DNA of 64,000 bases from Emiliania huxleyi CCMP1516 (lineage: Eukaryota): positions 280,520 through 344,519 of the forward strand of contig NW_005201551.1 in the NCBI RefSeq assembly GCF_000372725.1, given 5' to 3'. The notes below the pieces were generated by a model that was not told the origin of the DNA, ran no database searches, and worked only from the letters and a program-made list of their open reading frames with translations. This document shows positions 22,502-35,931 of the stretch, one piece after another; positions within the stretch are counted from its first letter, which is position 1, and each line of letters starts with the position of its first letter. A program made the translations under genes and the position numbers.

Positions 22502-25241
22502 ATGCGAGCTGCCTTCGCCTCAGCGTCGCCGCGCTCGCTCGCGGCCTCGGCGCTGCGCCGCACCGCGCCGCTGCACACCGAGGCCCGCATCAAGTGAGCT
22601 GCGCCCGCCCACACGGCCGTGCGAGCGCCCAACCACGTCGGAGGACGTGTGCATAGCGGCCAGCGCCGCCGGCGCTCTGCCACTGTCCCATGCCTGAGTC
22701 GCAGCCCTCCGCGCCAGCCGCAGACCTTAGACCCGTGCGGCACAGCGAGCGTGAGTGGATCGAGAGAGCGGCGTGCCACTGCTGGCCGCCGACGGCGCTG
22801 CTGACTGCCAATCGCGCCACGCCCCGCCGCAGGGAGCTCGGCCTGACTCTGCCGGCGGCGGGGACACCAAAGGCGAACTACACCATCGCCTGCTGGGAGA
22901 GCCCCACGCGCCTCTACCTCTCCGGACATCTTCCGATCAAGTGAGCATCCGAGACGCCTCCGAGACGCTTCCGAGACGCTTCCGAGACGCTTCCGAGACG
23001 CTTCCGAGATGCTGCCGAGATCCTACCTTTCCCGCCTCGCACTTCGAGACACCTCCGAGACACGTCCGAGACGCTTCCGAGATGCTTCCGCGACACTGAT
23101 GCCGCTTCTTGAGACAGTGCCGGAGTGTGTGCACCTTGAATGGCGAGGCCGGATGGATAATCATCTGATTAATTAGTTGAGGAACGAATTAATTAGTTTA
23201 AACACAAATTGTTCGTGGGCAGGCCGGACGGCAGCATGGCGACGGTTAATCATTAATTCGTTAATTAATCAAAGAAAAGAAACTGTTCATGCGCAGGCCG
23301 GACGGCAGCATGGCGACGGGCACTGTCGGCGGCGAGGGCGGTCTATCGCTGGAGGAGGCGCAGGAGGCGGCAAAGTGGTGGGAGGGAGCCGAGAGATCGC
23401 CGAGAGATGGCCGGGAGATGGCCGAGAGATGGCCGGGAGATCGCCGGGAGATCGCCGGGAGATCGCCGGGAGATCGCCGGGAGATCCGCCGAGATGTCGC
23501 CGAGGTGTCGCCGAGGCAAGATCTCGGCTGATCTCGGCTAGATCTCGGCGAGATCTCGGGAGATCTCGACAGGTGCGGGCTCGGTCTGCTCGCCACGATC
23601 CAGGACCAGCCGCAGCCGAGATGCCGCCGAGATGTGTCGGAGATGCCGCGAGATGCCGCAGGGATGCAGCCGAGACGCCGCCGAGGGCTGGATCTCGGCT
23701 GACCTCGGCTGACCTCGGCTGAATCTCGGCTGAATCTCGGCTGAATCTCGGCTGACTTCGGCTGATCTCGGACGATCTCGGCTGGCCTCGGCTGATCTCG
23801 ATCTCGGACGATCTCGGCTGAATCTCGGTTGTGTATCTCGCTGCCAGGACCAGCTGGGCGGCGACCTCGACCGCGTGGAGCAGGCGAGATCTCAGTTAGA
23901 TCTGGAGCATATCTCGGGCAGATCTCAATCTCTCTCGACCAGATCTCGGCAGATCTCGGGCAGATCTCAGTCATATCTCGACCGCGTGGAGGAGGCGAGA
24001 TCTCAGTTAGATCTCAATTCGATCTCGGGCGGATCTCAATTCATTTTGATCCGATCTCGGGCAGATCTCAACTCGATCTCGGGAAGATCTCGGCTGCATC
24101 GGCGAGAGACCGCTTGTTGAAACACGTTGTTGAAAGAAGTGGTTCGCTGTCATAGGTCGTGAACCTGTTTGGCATCGTCGCGAGATATGGTTGAGATCGA
24201 GATCCGATCGAGATTGCCCGCAATAGGTCGTGAAGCTGTTCGGCATCGTCGCGAGATATGGTTGAGATCGAGATCCGATCGAGATTGCCCGCAATAGGTC
24301 GTGAAGCTGTTCGGCATCGTCGCGAGATATGGTTGAGATCGAGATCCGATCGAGATTGCCCGCAATAGGTCGTGAAGCTGTTCGGCATCGTCGCGTCCGC
24401 GCCCGAGTTCAAACAGCAGCACCTCGTGTTGAATGGCGCGAGAGAGAGGGGAGATCTCGCCGAGATCGTCGCCGAGATCTCCCCGAGATCTCCGCCGAGA
24501 TTCTCGCCGAGATCCAGCCGAGATCAAGCGGACACATGCCGCTGAGGTGCAGCCGAGGTGCAGCCGAGATCTAGCCGAGATCTCACCGGGTCCAATCTCG
24601 GCGAATCTCGGCGAATCTCGGCGAATCTCGGCGAATCTTGGCTGAGGGTAATCTCTAGCCGAGAGGCGATGAGGCTGCAGCAGAGAGGCGTTGCCGCGAT
24701 TTCGCGATCTCGATCTCGATCTCGATCTCGATCTCGCGCGATCTCGGCCGTAGGCTGCTCTGACGTGATGATGGCGGTGCTTGGCGGGAAGAGAGGCTAC
24801 CACGCTCGCTCCGCCATCGGCGAGATCTAGCCGAGATACAGCCAAGAAAAGAAAAGAATGTAGCACGCTCGCTCCGCCATCGGCGAGATCTAGCCGAGAT
24901 ACAGCCGAGATACAGCTGAGATCGAGTCACCGCGCACGTAGCAGTGTTGCGTGACTCTGCTTTCTGGCTGTGAATTAATTCGTTGTTAATTAGTTGTTAA
25001 TTAGTTAATTACTTTGCGGGGCACTGCTCTTCTCGCGGATGGCTATCACGCTGACTGCGGCGTCGTGGGCGGCTGGACAGACGGCGCAGAGATGCCCCGT
25101 GCACGAAGAGATCCCCTTGATCCGACGACTGAGTTCGTTTTCTTTCATACCTGCGGTGTCGTGGTGTACGCAGGCACCAACACGCTGCCGCTCGACTCGC
25201 CGGTGGAGGTGGAGGCGATCATCACCGTCAAGCCCGCCTGA
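22502..25241 (+). CDS. RidA/YjgF/YER057c/UK114-family protein with mitochondrial-type presequence
   Basis: MRAAFASASPRSLAASALRR..LHTEARIK / ELGLTLPAAGTPKANY..LYLSGHLP / LSLEEAQEAAK / LGGDLDRV / VVKLFGIVAS..QHLVLNG / CSDVM..HARSAIG / TNTLPLDSPVEVEAII. Confidence 0.92.
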
Positions 25242-25414
25242 CTCGACTACGGCTTTACGCGAGAGTGCCGAGGGATTGGCCGAGTGCCGAGAGAGACCTG
25301 TCTCCGGCAATACAGTATCCGTCTACCCCGTCAAGCTGACGCGTGGGGGGGCGTGCGCTCCCGCCTCCTCGGTTGTTGGAGGTGAAATGTGAGCTAACCA
25401 CCAAACCAGAGGGT

Positions 25415-25492
25415 CGGGTAAGGTAAGGTAAGGTAAACTTCTCCACACACTCGAGGTGGTGGGGCAAGGGGGGGCGACCCTCGCGTCTCCAC
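25415..25492 (-). mobile_element. Non-LTR element 3' end with (CCTTA)n tail; related copy at 13235-13300
   Basis: Reverse complement GGTCGCCC..CTTGCCCCACC..GTGTGTGGAGAAGT followed by TTACCTTACCTTACC. Confidence 0.6.
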
Positions 25493-25551
25493 GTCTAACG
25501 ACAGGAGCCCCACGGCATTTAAAGTGCAAGGCCCGGTGCGCGTGGGTGAGC

Positions 25552-26328
<777 letters not shown>

Positions 26329-26351
26329 ACGTCACTGCATCCTCTGCCGGC

Positions 26352-26919
26352 ACCTTGTGATTTTGGGGTCAAAATCGTCCCGATTTCATAATGTTCGTTC
26401 GTACGTGCATCCGCGGCGCCCAGCGCGGTGCCAGCGGCTCCCATACCTCTAAGAGGCCACCCACCTCCGTATAGACCCTTATATCCGCGGTTTACGCCCA
26501 ATAGAGGCAGCTGCAAGAGGGCCCGGACGGGCACTGCGGCACACACTGCTCGCTGCTCGGCCATGCGGTAGCGTCTGGTGATGCCGCCCCTGCGCGGGCG
26601 GGGGCGTCTCGCTCGGCAGCAACTGCGCCGCGCAGCGCAGGTTCGAGGGTCGCGGTGGGTGGGTACACTGGAAGACGTAGCGGTCGAGAAAGCGCTCAGC
26701 GACCGCTACGTCTCGAGGATGGAGCCGTCGCGCGGACCCGACCGGCCGACCGGCAGTAGCAGCAGGCGCCGGAGGGCGCGGGAGGCAGCGGCGACACCTC
26801 GGGCCAGAAGCGCGAGCCCTAGGCTGGTGAGGGGGCCCGCTCATGCGTAAACGGCTCTGGGACTTAGCTAAATCGCGCATCGAAATCGGGACGATTTTGC
26901 CAGGGCACCGTCACAAGGT
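26352..26919. mobile_element. Second putative TIR element (568 bp)
   Basis: ACCTTGTGA..CAAAATCGTCCCGATTTC (26352-26387) is inverted against GAAATCGGGACGATTTTG..TCACAAGGT (26882-26919); no TSD seen. Confidence 0.65.
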
Positions 26920-27073
26920 CGCCTCTTCTTTGTTCGTGGTGTGCCGGTGATAGTACTAGCACGCGCCAGTTCGCACCTGTGTCGAGCCTGTCTGCTGTGA
27001 GAGAGAGTTGTTTTGTTTAAATTCTTTGTTCGAATGTTTTTCAATCCATCCTTCACGAAGCCCTCCCATGTAG

Positions 27074-28841
27074 CTAGCGTTCTTTGCGAATGTCTCGAGG
27101 TGGCCAGCAGGCGCTGTCTGCTCGCGGCCTGTGCGGGTCGCTCGTCCTCCTCGCGCTTCTTTCGTCCTCCCGTCCCTCCCCTCCACCATGGCCTCCTCGG
27201 CACTTCTTTCTCCATCCGCCTCGCCCTGCCTTTTCGTATCGTGCCGTTCGCCCTCCATTCGGTGACCTCCATGGCTGTCCGACTCTGTTTGGGTGGCGCT
27301 CTCGATACCGTTGCGTCAACCTCGACGTCGCTGTCGCCCTCCCCGTCCCCGTCGTCGCCCGTGCCTCGGTTCGCGTCATTGGTAGCGTTTCCGTTGCCCC
27401 CTCGTGTTCCGCCGTCGCCCTCTCTGCTCTGGCCGTTCGCGATTTTGAGGGTCGGGGGGCGAGACCGACACGCACCGTGTCGACGAAGATCGTCCCGAGG
27501 TGGTTCAGCTTGATCTGTGGGATGCCCTTGGGGTTGGTGTTGAAGGCGTCCACAAAGGCGTTCTTCTGGAGCTGCATGCGGTGGTGGGTGTTGGGAGTGT
27601 GGTGAGTTGAGAGGGTAGAGGGGGGGGGGGGGTAGCGCAGAAAAAGAAACCTCGTTGTGGAAGCCGAAGTAGGTCTTCGTCCTGTCGAGCTGGACGCCGT
27701 TGCGGTAGGCCATCGCGATGCCGTAGTGCTCGCAGAGGACGTACAGCCCCTTATTCAGGGACTCGCTCACGGACTGGTAGGTCTCGCCTTGGCCTGGGGC
27801 GGAGACGCGCTCGAAGTAGATCAGCGTCCCCTCCTCCGAGGATTTCGACTGGTCCATGGCCCATTTGACGGCGGGGGCGCACCTTGCCCGGATCTGCGGG
27901 AGGATCTCGACCATGAGCTTGGCGCCGCAGCCCGTCGTGATCATCTTGGAGGGCTTTGCGATGGCGATGGGGTCCTGCGCGTGGATTTGGTACGTTGTGA
28001 GTAGGGGATGGGTTCGGCCACTTGTGGGTATGGTGTGATTCGGCTTTTTGTGGGTGTGGCGGATTGAGAGTCTTAGTAGGTGGAGGGTATGGGCGTTCCT
28101 GTTTGACGCCGCCGCGGTCGACGTGGATCTCGCAGTAGTACGTCTGGGAGGAAAGCTGCAGGGCCTCGCCTCCGAACGCCTTGATCACGTTCTTGCGCAG
28201 GTTGGCGATCCCGAGCGAGCAGCCGCGCGGCACCTTGAACTGGCTCACGAGCGCGTTGTGGACCTCGCCCTCGTCGATGGACCCGAGAAGGGCGCCCGGC
28301 TGGGGTGGGGCGGACAGGCGAAGGTGGAGGTCGTAGGGGTCGGGCTTGTTTCGGTCGATCTTGACGGGGACCGAGTCGTCCACGGCGTCGTCGACGTCGG
28401 CGACCGAGAAGACGATCGTGCCGCCGTCCGGGATGTCGTTGGGGTCCCCTGCGGGAAGGGGGGCGGGGAGGGGGGGGGGGAGAGAGGGGGGGTGAGGAGA
28501 GAAGAAAAGAAACCGAAGGGCAAGTGGTTTGGCTGTCCGCCTCCCAGGAACTTCTCGACGAAGTAGGAGTTGATCGTCGTCGTGGCCCCGATGGTGGCGA
28601 TGGAGGAGGCCATGGACTCAAACGTAAATCCGTCCGGGAGGTCGCCGAGAAGGTAGAAAGTGGAGTTCCTGCCATGCTGCAGCATGAGCTTGTGCTCGAA
28701 CTCGTCGTGGCCCGCCTCGATGAACATCGCGGAGACGATCGTGGCGACGTGCTCGGCGTTGATGCCGTTGCCGGTCTTCATCACCAGCATCTTCTCCTTG
28801 AAGGGCGTGTCGGGGACGTCGAGATTCATGTCCTGACACAT
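27074..28841 (-). CDS. Orphan multi-exon protein with short simple introns, possibly TE- or virus-borne; 3' end uncertain
   Basis: Frames join via introns 28540-28449, ~28100-27975 and 27650-27572 (..VEKFLG|GDPND.., ..FHNE|LQKN..); balanced amino-acid composition and high GC3. Confidence 0.7.
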
Positions 28842-29575
28842 GCAGGGTGGAAACTATATGAGTTGCCAGGAGTGAGGTTTGTAGGAGAGCCGCGTGGCGC
28901 GGCGGTTCGGGGCTCGGTTTTGGGTGGATGGGCCTGGGTTCGAATCGGGCTCGCGGAGCGTCGCGGGCGCGTGGGTGCGTGGTGCGTGTGCAGTGCAGCG
29001 AGCGAGCGAGCGAGAGAGAGAGAGAGAGAGCAGGGCTTCTCTCTTTTGTCTCGCCGCGGCTGTTTCCTCTACCGCGTGTCGGTCGTCATCTCGGGGTCTG
29101 TTTGGTGAGGGCATTGGCGGGCGTCGGAGTGTAGGTGGGCTCTGGTGGAGCTGTGTATTTGGTCTGTGCACAGGCGCTTTTTGTCGTGTGCGCGGCACGC
29201 GTGCACTGCGGGCGCGCGCGCCTTGAAGATGCCCGTCGGATAGCCGACGCCGGCCGTCTCGTCGGTGCGGGAGCGCTTCGGCGAGGTTGGTTCGCTGCGC
29301 GACATTGGGAAGGTGCCCGAAGGCAGGGTCCAGGGAGGTTTAGTCCGCCTCGCGGAGCGAGACTTAGAGAAAACCTCGGAGATGTGAATTTAACATATAT
29401 TTTCCATAGACACCACGTACGCTCGAGTCTCGAAGCTCACGACTGCCCTCCCCCGCAGCCTCGGCGCCTCAGTCGNNNNNNNNNNNNNNNNNNNNNNNNN
29501 NNNNNNNNNNNNNNNNNNNNNNNNNNNNNNNNNNNNNNNNNNNNNNNNNNNNNNNNNNNNNNNNNNNNNNNNNNN

Positions 29576-30663
29576 TCGCCAATCTTGTTGTTGCCGTTGA
29601 GATAGAGCACCTCGAGCCGCGGCGCTGCCCCGCTCGCGAGGACCTCCGCCAGCTGCGCCGCCTCCGCGTCGCCCCAGCCGAGGCCGGTGTAGTCCAGCTC
29701 GGTCGCCTTGCCAAACTGCTCCTCGAAGGCGGCCTCGTACAGCCCCTTCACCAGCGGCTTGTCGTCCTTGCCGTTGGTGAAGCTCTTCTTCTCCAGCTCC
29801 GCCGCGAACGCAGACGGCAGCAGCGGAGGGCTCCGGCCGCCGGCCTGGGTGCAGTCCTCGATGAGGCTGCCGCAGTCGTACTCCACGCCGTCGCGCGTCT
29901 TGCCGAGGTCGAGCGAGAGGTAGGCGGCCTTTGTCAGGCCAGCCCAGCTCTGCTCCGTGTAGCACCAGCCGCGGTCAAAGTACGCGGCCACGTTGGTGCC
30001 CTCGGTCTGATCCTCCGCCTTGTGGCCGTCCGGGAAGGAGGTCAGCCGCAGCACCCAAGTGTGCTGGTGGGAGTAGAGCGTGCCGAGGCAGCCCAGCCCC
30101 TCCTTGAAGAGCGCGTTCTGCTCCTCGGTGCGCATGACGCCGTTGGCGGGATCGGGGTGCTGGTGCAGCGAGCCGAAGTCCCAAAAGACGCCGAGCCGCG
30201 TGATGGAGCTGAGCAGGGCCTTGAGCGCCCTCGCGACGCGGGAGAGGTTGGCTCCGCGCGGGTCGGGGTGGTCCTTGGTCAGCCACGGGTAGGAAAGCGC
30301 TCCGACGGGAAGCCAGTCATACTCGGTCGCCTCGACGAGGTCGGCGAGGGAGAGGAAGGCCTCTTTGGGCAGCGCCTGACGGTGGGAGAGGACGCCGCCC
30401 GCCTCGGCGTGGCTGATGATCCACTGCGCGTCGAGGAGGGCGACGGCGCCGCTCGCGAGGACCGGCTCGAGGTCGCCGCCGCCGAGCTTGCGCCACAGTT
30501 CCAGCTTCTCCTCATCGACGCCGAGATCGGTGGCGGAGGGGAGGGCGGCGGCCGGCTGCGTCGGCGCGGCGGTGTCGGCGGGCGTCGGGGCGTCGAGTTC
30601 GACGGCGGGAGGGCCGGGCAGCTCCTCGGTCGGGGCCTCGACGCGGCTGGAGACGCAGCCCAT
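29576..30663 (-). CDS. HET/TIR-like + LRR protein, copy 2 (runs into N gap)
   Basis: ATG 30663 MGCVSS; same motifs as copy 1; appears identical to copy 3. Confidence 0.8.
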
Positions 30664-31390
30664 CGTGAGAAGTCGATCGACTTTGACAAGGACACAGGTG
30701 GAAAAGAATTCAACGCGGCACGCGACAGTACCAAAAGAGGAACACTCGATCGCGTCGCCTACACGAAGGCGTCGAGGGGGGGACAGTTTATTTCTTTTTT
30801 TGAGCTTAGCCTTCGATGTTAGGAAACAAAGCAAGGCGGGACATGGCATATCGCTCTCGGGCTCACAGACATCCCTCACACCCGCCGCCCCCGCGCGCGC
30901 CCCACCCCGGCCGGGAGAGAGGGGAGTGACAGTTTGGGACGGCGACAGCCCGAGTATGTTGAGTCCTGGCTCAACAACGCAGGGTTCAAGAGGGGGTGGT
31001 CCGGCTCACAAGTCCGGCTCACGCGCCTCGAGCTGACCATCTACCGCACTGAGCACTTCCGCCCCCTCGCTCCCAACCCATCCACCCCGCCCCGGGCCGC
31101 GCCGCGCGATCTCGGGCGATCTCGGGCGATCTCGGGCGATCTCGGGGCCGCGCCGCGCTATCTCGGGTGATCTCGGAGCGTCGCTCGCGCGGCGTCACAC
31201 CTGCTCAAAAAGGAAGGAGGTTGGAGGCAGGAGGTCACGCCCCATCCAGAGCGCCGTCGTCGCCGGGTTTTTGGCCCCCGGGTCGTCGCCTGACGGTTGC
31301 TGCGCGGGGCAGCAGACCATCGGACGGCGCGACGACGCCCCGTCCGGCACGCTCCCCCCTCCACCCGGCTATTGCCGCACGAGTGCCCTA

Positions 31391-31691
31391 GAGATCCCCT
31401 TGATCCGACGACTGAGTTCGTTTTCTTTCATACCTGCGGTGTCGTGGTGTACGCAGGCACCAACACGCTGCCGCTCGACTCGCCGGTGGAGGTGGAGGCG
31501 ATCATCACCGTCAAGCCCGCCTGACTCGACGACGGGGCTACGGCTTTACGCGAGAGTGCCGAGGGATTGGCCGAGGGCCGAGAGAGACCTGTCTCCGGCA
31601 ATACAGTATCCGTCTACCCCGTCAAGCCGACGCGTGGGGGGGCGTGCGCTCCCGCCTCCTCGGTTGTTGGAGGTGAAATGTGAGCTAACCA
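31391..31691 (+). pseudogene. Duplicated last-intron end, last exon and 3' flank of the RidA-like gene
   Basis: Near-identical to 25108-25400 (TNTLPLDSPVEVEAIITVKPA*). Confidence 0.9.
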
Positions 31692-32058
31692 TGTATGTAT
31701 GTAGGAAGGTGAAGAACAGTCAGGCTCGGACTGGACACCAACGCGGTATGGGTGGACGCAAGACAGATGATGACGACACGCACGAACGACACACAGACAC
31801 AAACAAGCTCACAAGACACACAGCCAGCTGGCTGCCACACACCCTGAGTTGGCGTACACGTAACTCAGGGCCACATTCCTCCTGTCGCCCCCCCCAGCAC
31901 TCCAAGGTGCCAAGAGAAACAAACAAGGGCACAACATCACAACAGACGACAGGAGGTAATATGCGAGGCTAGAGCAGGCTTGCTCCACCTCTAGCAATCT
32001 CGCCGGCCGGCGAGGCACGGACGAGACCGTGTGTGGGGTTAGTGAGGTGTCTATGGTC
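31692..32058 (-). mobile_element. 5'-truncated LINE/SINE insertion with (TACA)n tail
   Basis: 9-bp TSD AGCTAACCA at 31683-31691 and 32059-32067; empty site at 25392-25405; homologous segments at 53720-53830, 54010-54110 and 54720-54800. Confidence 0.88.
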
Positions 32059-33748
32059 AGCTAACCACCAAAGGCTAGTTCCATTTCACTGTGGCACAGC
32101 TCGCGTTACAAAACCTTGATTTTGACCATTGCGCGAAAAAGGTACATCTCGGTGCCTTCCAGNNNNNNNNNNNNNNNNNNNNNNNNNNNNNNNNNNNNNN
32201 NNNNNNNNNNNNNNNNNNNNNNNNNNNNNNNNNNNNNNNNNNNNNNNNNNNNNNNNNNNNNNGGGCGCGGCGGCAGCGGCGGCAGCGCGCGCGCGCGGCG
32301 CGCGCGACGGAGGGGCGGAGCAGCGACCGCGCGCGCGGTCGCTGCTCCGTCTGTCCCGGAGCGCCGTCTGCGCGGGGTGCGCGTCAGGAGAGGGGGCAAG
32401 CGTGGCGGCGCGGGACGCGCGGCGGCGGCGGCGAGCAGCCGAGCGCTCCGTGCGCGGTGAGGCGGCCGGGCGAGGGCGCGGCGGGTGACGGGGGAAGGGA
32501 GCAGCCGGGCGACGAGAGGTAGGAGGTGCTCGCCGGCGAGCGCTCCCGCGCCTGCGGAGGGGCAAGGCCTGAGGGCGGGCGGGCGGGCGGGCGGGCGCGG
32601 GGGGGGGGGGGGATAAAAGCTGCGCCGCCCCCGCACCAGGGACACCGGGCGCGGCTCGCCTCCACGCGCCGGCTCGGAAGAGGGGCTGTCGGCGGCGCAG
32701 CAGAGCGGCTCGCCTCGGCGCTCGAGCCGCCAACAGCCCCAATCCTCGACGTGACGGCCGTTCCCAGGGCCGTCCGGTGCGCGCCCGACCCACGCCCCCT
32801 CTCGCACCCCTCCGACCCCCCCTGCGCGGCGCACCTATCCGCTGTGCGCCGGCTCGAGCGCCTATCGCCAAATCGCGACGTTTGAGCGCAGCGCACGCGT
32901 CCCACACGTCACGCGCGCGCAGGAGAGCGTGCGGCACAGCAGTAGCGTGTGCGCGCCGAGGGCATCGCGCCGCAAACCCCGCGCGTTCCGCCCCAGCAGA
33001 GGCTGCAGCCTCTGCACAAGCTACACCACTGTAAGAATGGTGAGTACTTGGGGTTGAGTGGGCTTGCTTGCTCCCTTAGCCGGGAGCAAAAATGCAAGAA
33101 TAAAAATGCCTCTGACGGCGGGAGAGAGAGAGCGAGAGACAGACAGAGAGAGTATGAGGTGACACCACGCACATCCATTCCAGGAGGAGTGATCATGGCC
33201 GCCGGCTCGGTCGCGGCCGCCGGCTCTCGCAGCTCATCGGCGCTGTCCAACTACATCAGACACTCTGCGCAGCGCAGCCTCGCCACTGCCGCTGCCGCCG
33301 CCACTGCTGCCACGGCCCTCTCCCCCACACCGCCGGCCTCCTCGTCGCCGCCTCCGCCGCTGCCCTTTTCTGGCAAACCTCGGCCCCACAATAGGAGCAC
33401 CTGTGACGGGTCAGCCGTGGGTTAGTTTGCAGGCACGGTGGGAATGGCGTGCGGCGGAGCCGTTGTGGTGCAGCCAAACCGCTACGAAGGGTCTCTAATT
33501 GCCTTCCCCAAACCCAAATTCTTCTAACCCCTTCACCGCCGAAAATGGCTCCACGCGGTGGCGCTCGCTGCTGGGTCTCTCTCTGGATGGAGAGACGGTC
33601 TCGCTGCATGGCCTGCTGCAAGATCTCGCCCGCACCGTCGCTGTGCGTCGTGCTCCGCAGCCGCAGGGTCTGTTGCTCTCTCTGCCGTGCTCGCACGGCG
33701 GTCCCGCCGGGCCCCGCGCCCTCGCCGCCCGGCCGGGGCTGGAGAGGC

Positions 33749-35040
33749 TCAGCAGAGGTTGATGCCGCGCTCCTTGCACACGGCCACCAGCTCAGGCTGC
33801 TCCGTGTTGTCCACGTAGAGCTTCTGCACGCGAGGGGAGGAGCGATGAGCATTGGGCGGGGGAGGGGCGTGTGGCGAGGGGGAGCGTCTTGCGCCTTCAA
33901 GCTCGGGGTGCCCCCCTCCTTGAGGGCGGCGGCCAGCGCCTTGCAGCCCTCGTCGCCAATCTTGTTGTTGCCGTTGAGATAGAGCACCTCGAGCCGCGGC
34001 GCTGCCCCGCTCGCGAGGACCTCCGCCAGCTGCGCCGCCTCCGCGTCGCCCCAGCCGAGGCCGGTGTAGTCCAGCTCGGTCGCCTTGCCAAACTGCTCCT
34101 CGAAGGCGGCCTCGTACAGCCCCTTCACCAGCGGCTTGTCGTCCTTGCCGTTGGTGAAGCTCTTCTTCTCCAGCTCCGCCGCGAACGCAGACGGCAGCAG
34201 CGGAGGGCTCCGGCCGCCGGCCTGGGTGCAGTCCTCGATGAGGCTGCCGCAGTCGTACTCCACGCCGTCGCGCGTCTTGCCGAGGTCGAGCGAGAGGTAG
34301 GCGGCCTTTGTCAGGCCAGCCCAGCTCTGCTCCGTGTAGCACCAGCCGCGGTCAAAGTACGCGGCCACGTTGGTGCCCTCGGTCTGATCCTCCGCCTTGT
34401 GGCCGTCCGGGAAGGAGGTCAGCCGCAGCACCCAAGTGTGCTGGTGGGAGTAGAGCGTGCCGAGGCAGCCCAGCCCCTCCTTGAAGAGCGCGTTCTGCTC
34501 CTCGGTGCGCATGACGCCGTTGGCGGGATCGGGGTGCTGGTGCAGCGAGCCGAAGTCCCAAAAGACGCCGAGCCGCGTGATGGAGCTGAGCAGGGCCTTG
34601 AGCGCCCTCGCGACGCGGGAGAGGTTGGCTCCGCGCGGGTCGGGGTGGTCCTTGGTCAGCCACGGGTAGGAAAGCGCTCCGACGGGAAGCCAGTCATACT
34701 CGGTCGCCTCGACGAGGTCGGCGAGGGAGAGGAAGGCCTCTTTGGGCAGCGCCTGACGGTGGGAGAGGACGCCGCCCGCCTCGGCGTGGCTGATGATCCA
34801 CTGCGCGTCGAGGAGGGCGACGGCGCCGCTCGCGAGGACCGGCTCGAGGTCGCCGCCGCCGAGCTTGCGCCACAGTTCCAGCTTCTCCTCATCGACGCCG
34901 AGATCGGTGGCGGAGGGGAGGGCGGCGGCCGGCTGCGTCGGCGCGGCGGTGTCGGCGGGCGTCGGGGCGTCGAGTTCGACGGCGGGAGGGCCGGGCAGCT
35001 CCTCGGTCGGGGCCTCGACGCGGCTGGAGACGCAGCCCAT
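33749..35040 (-). CDS. HET/TIR-like + LRR protein, copy 3 (about 406 aa)
   Basis: Exon 35040-33895, GC-AG intron 33894-33824, exon 33823-33749 (KLYVDNTEQPELVAVCKERGINLC*). Confidence 0.85.
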
Positions 35041-35727
35041 CGTGAGAAGTCGATCGACTTTGACAAGGACACAGGTGGAAAAGAATTCAACGCGGCACGC
35101 GACAGTACCAAAAGAGGAACACTCGATCGCGTCGCCTACACGAAGGCGTCGAGGGGGGGACAGTTTATTTCTTTTTTTGAGCTTAGCCTTCGATGTTAGG
35201 AAACAAAGCAAGGCGGGACATGGCATATCGCTCTCGGGCTCACAGACATCCCTCACACCCGCCGCCCCCGCGCGCGCCCCACCCCGGCCGGGAGAGAGGG
35301 GAGTGACAGTTTGGGACGGCGACAGCCCGAGTATGTTGAGTCCTGGCTCAACAACGCAGGGTTCAAGAGGGGGTGGTCCGGCTCACAAGTCCGGCTCACG
35401 CGCCTCGAGCTGACCATCTTGCCCGCTCCCGCCCGCTACACGCGGTCCAATATTACCTGAGATTACCCGAGATTACCCGAGATTGCCCGAGATTACTCGA
35501 TATCGCCCGAGATCGCGAGTAGTGTTTGTTTGTGTTTGTGTGCGCGCGTGTGTGCGTGTGTGTTTGCGTGTGTGTGTGTGTGTGTGTAAGTGCCCACACT
35601 CCCCGACTACACGAGGTCCAATATTACCTGAGATCACCCGAGATTACCCAAGATAACCCGAGGTACAGATCACCCGAGATCTCCCAAGATTACCCGAGAT
35701 TACCCGAGGTTACTATCAGTGCGTGTG

Positions 35728-35798
<71 letters not shown>

Positions 35799-35931
35799 GT
35801 CTGTCTTTCCCTGTGTGTGTGTGTGTGTGTGTGTCCATGCGTGCGCGTGTTGCGTCACATGTGAATGTTGTACAACAGCCACTATCGCGGGGGCGCCTAC
35901 ACGAAGGCGGGCAACATTCTTTTTTTCGGAA

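Noticed and set aside
33256..35256. 666-aa single-exon ORF as the true protein, or an NLRC3 orthologue
   Set aside because: It reads through a conserved GC-AG intron and upstream of the MGC start, and no NACHT domain is present.
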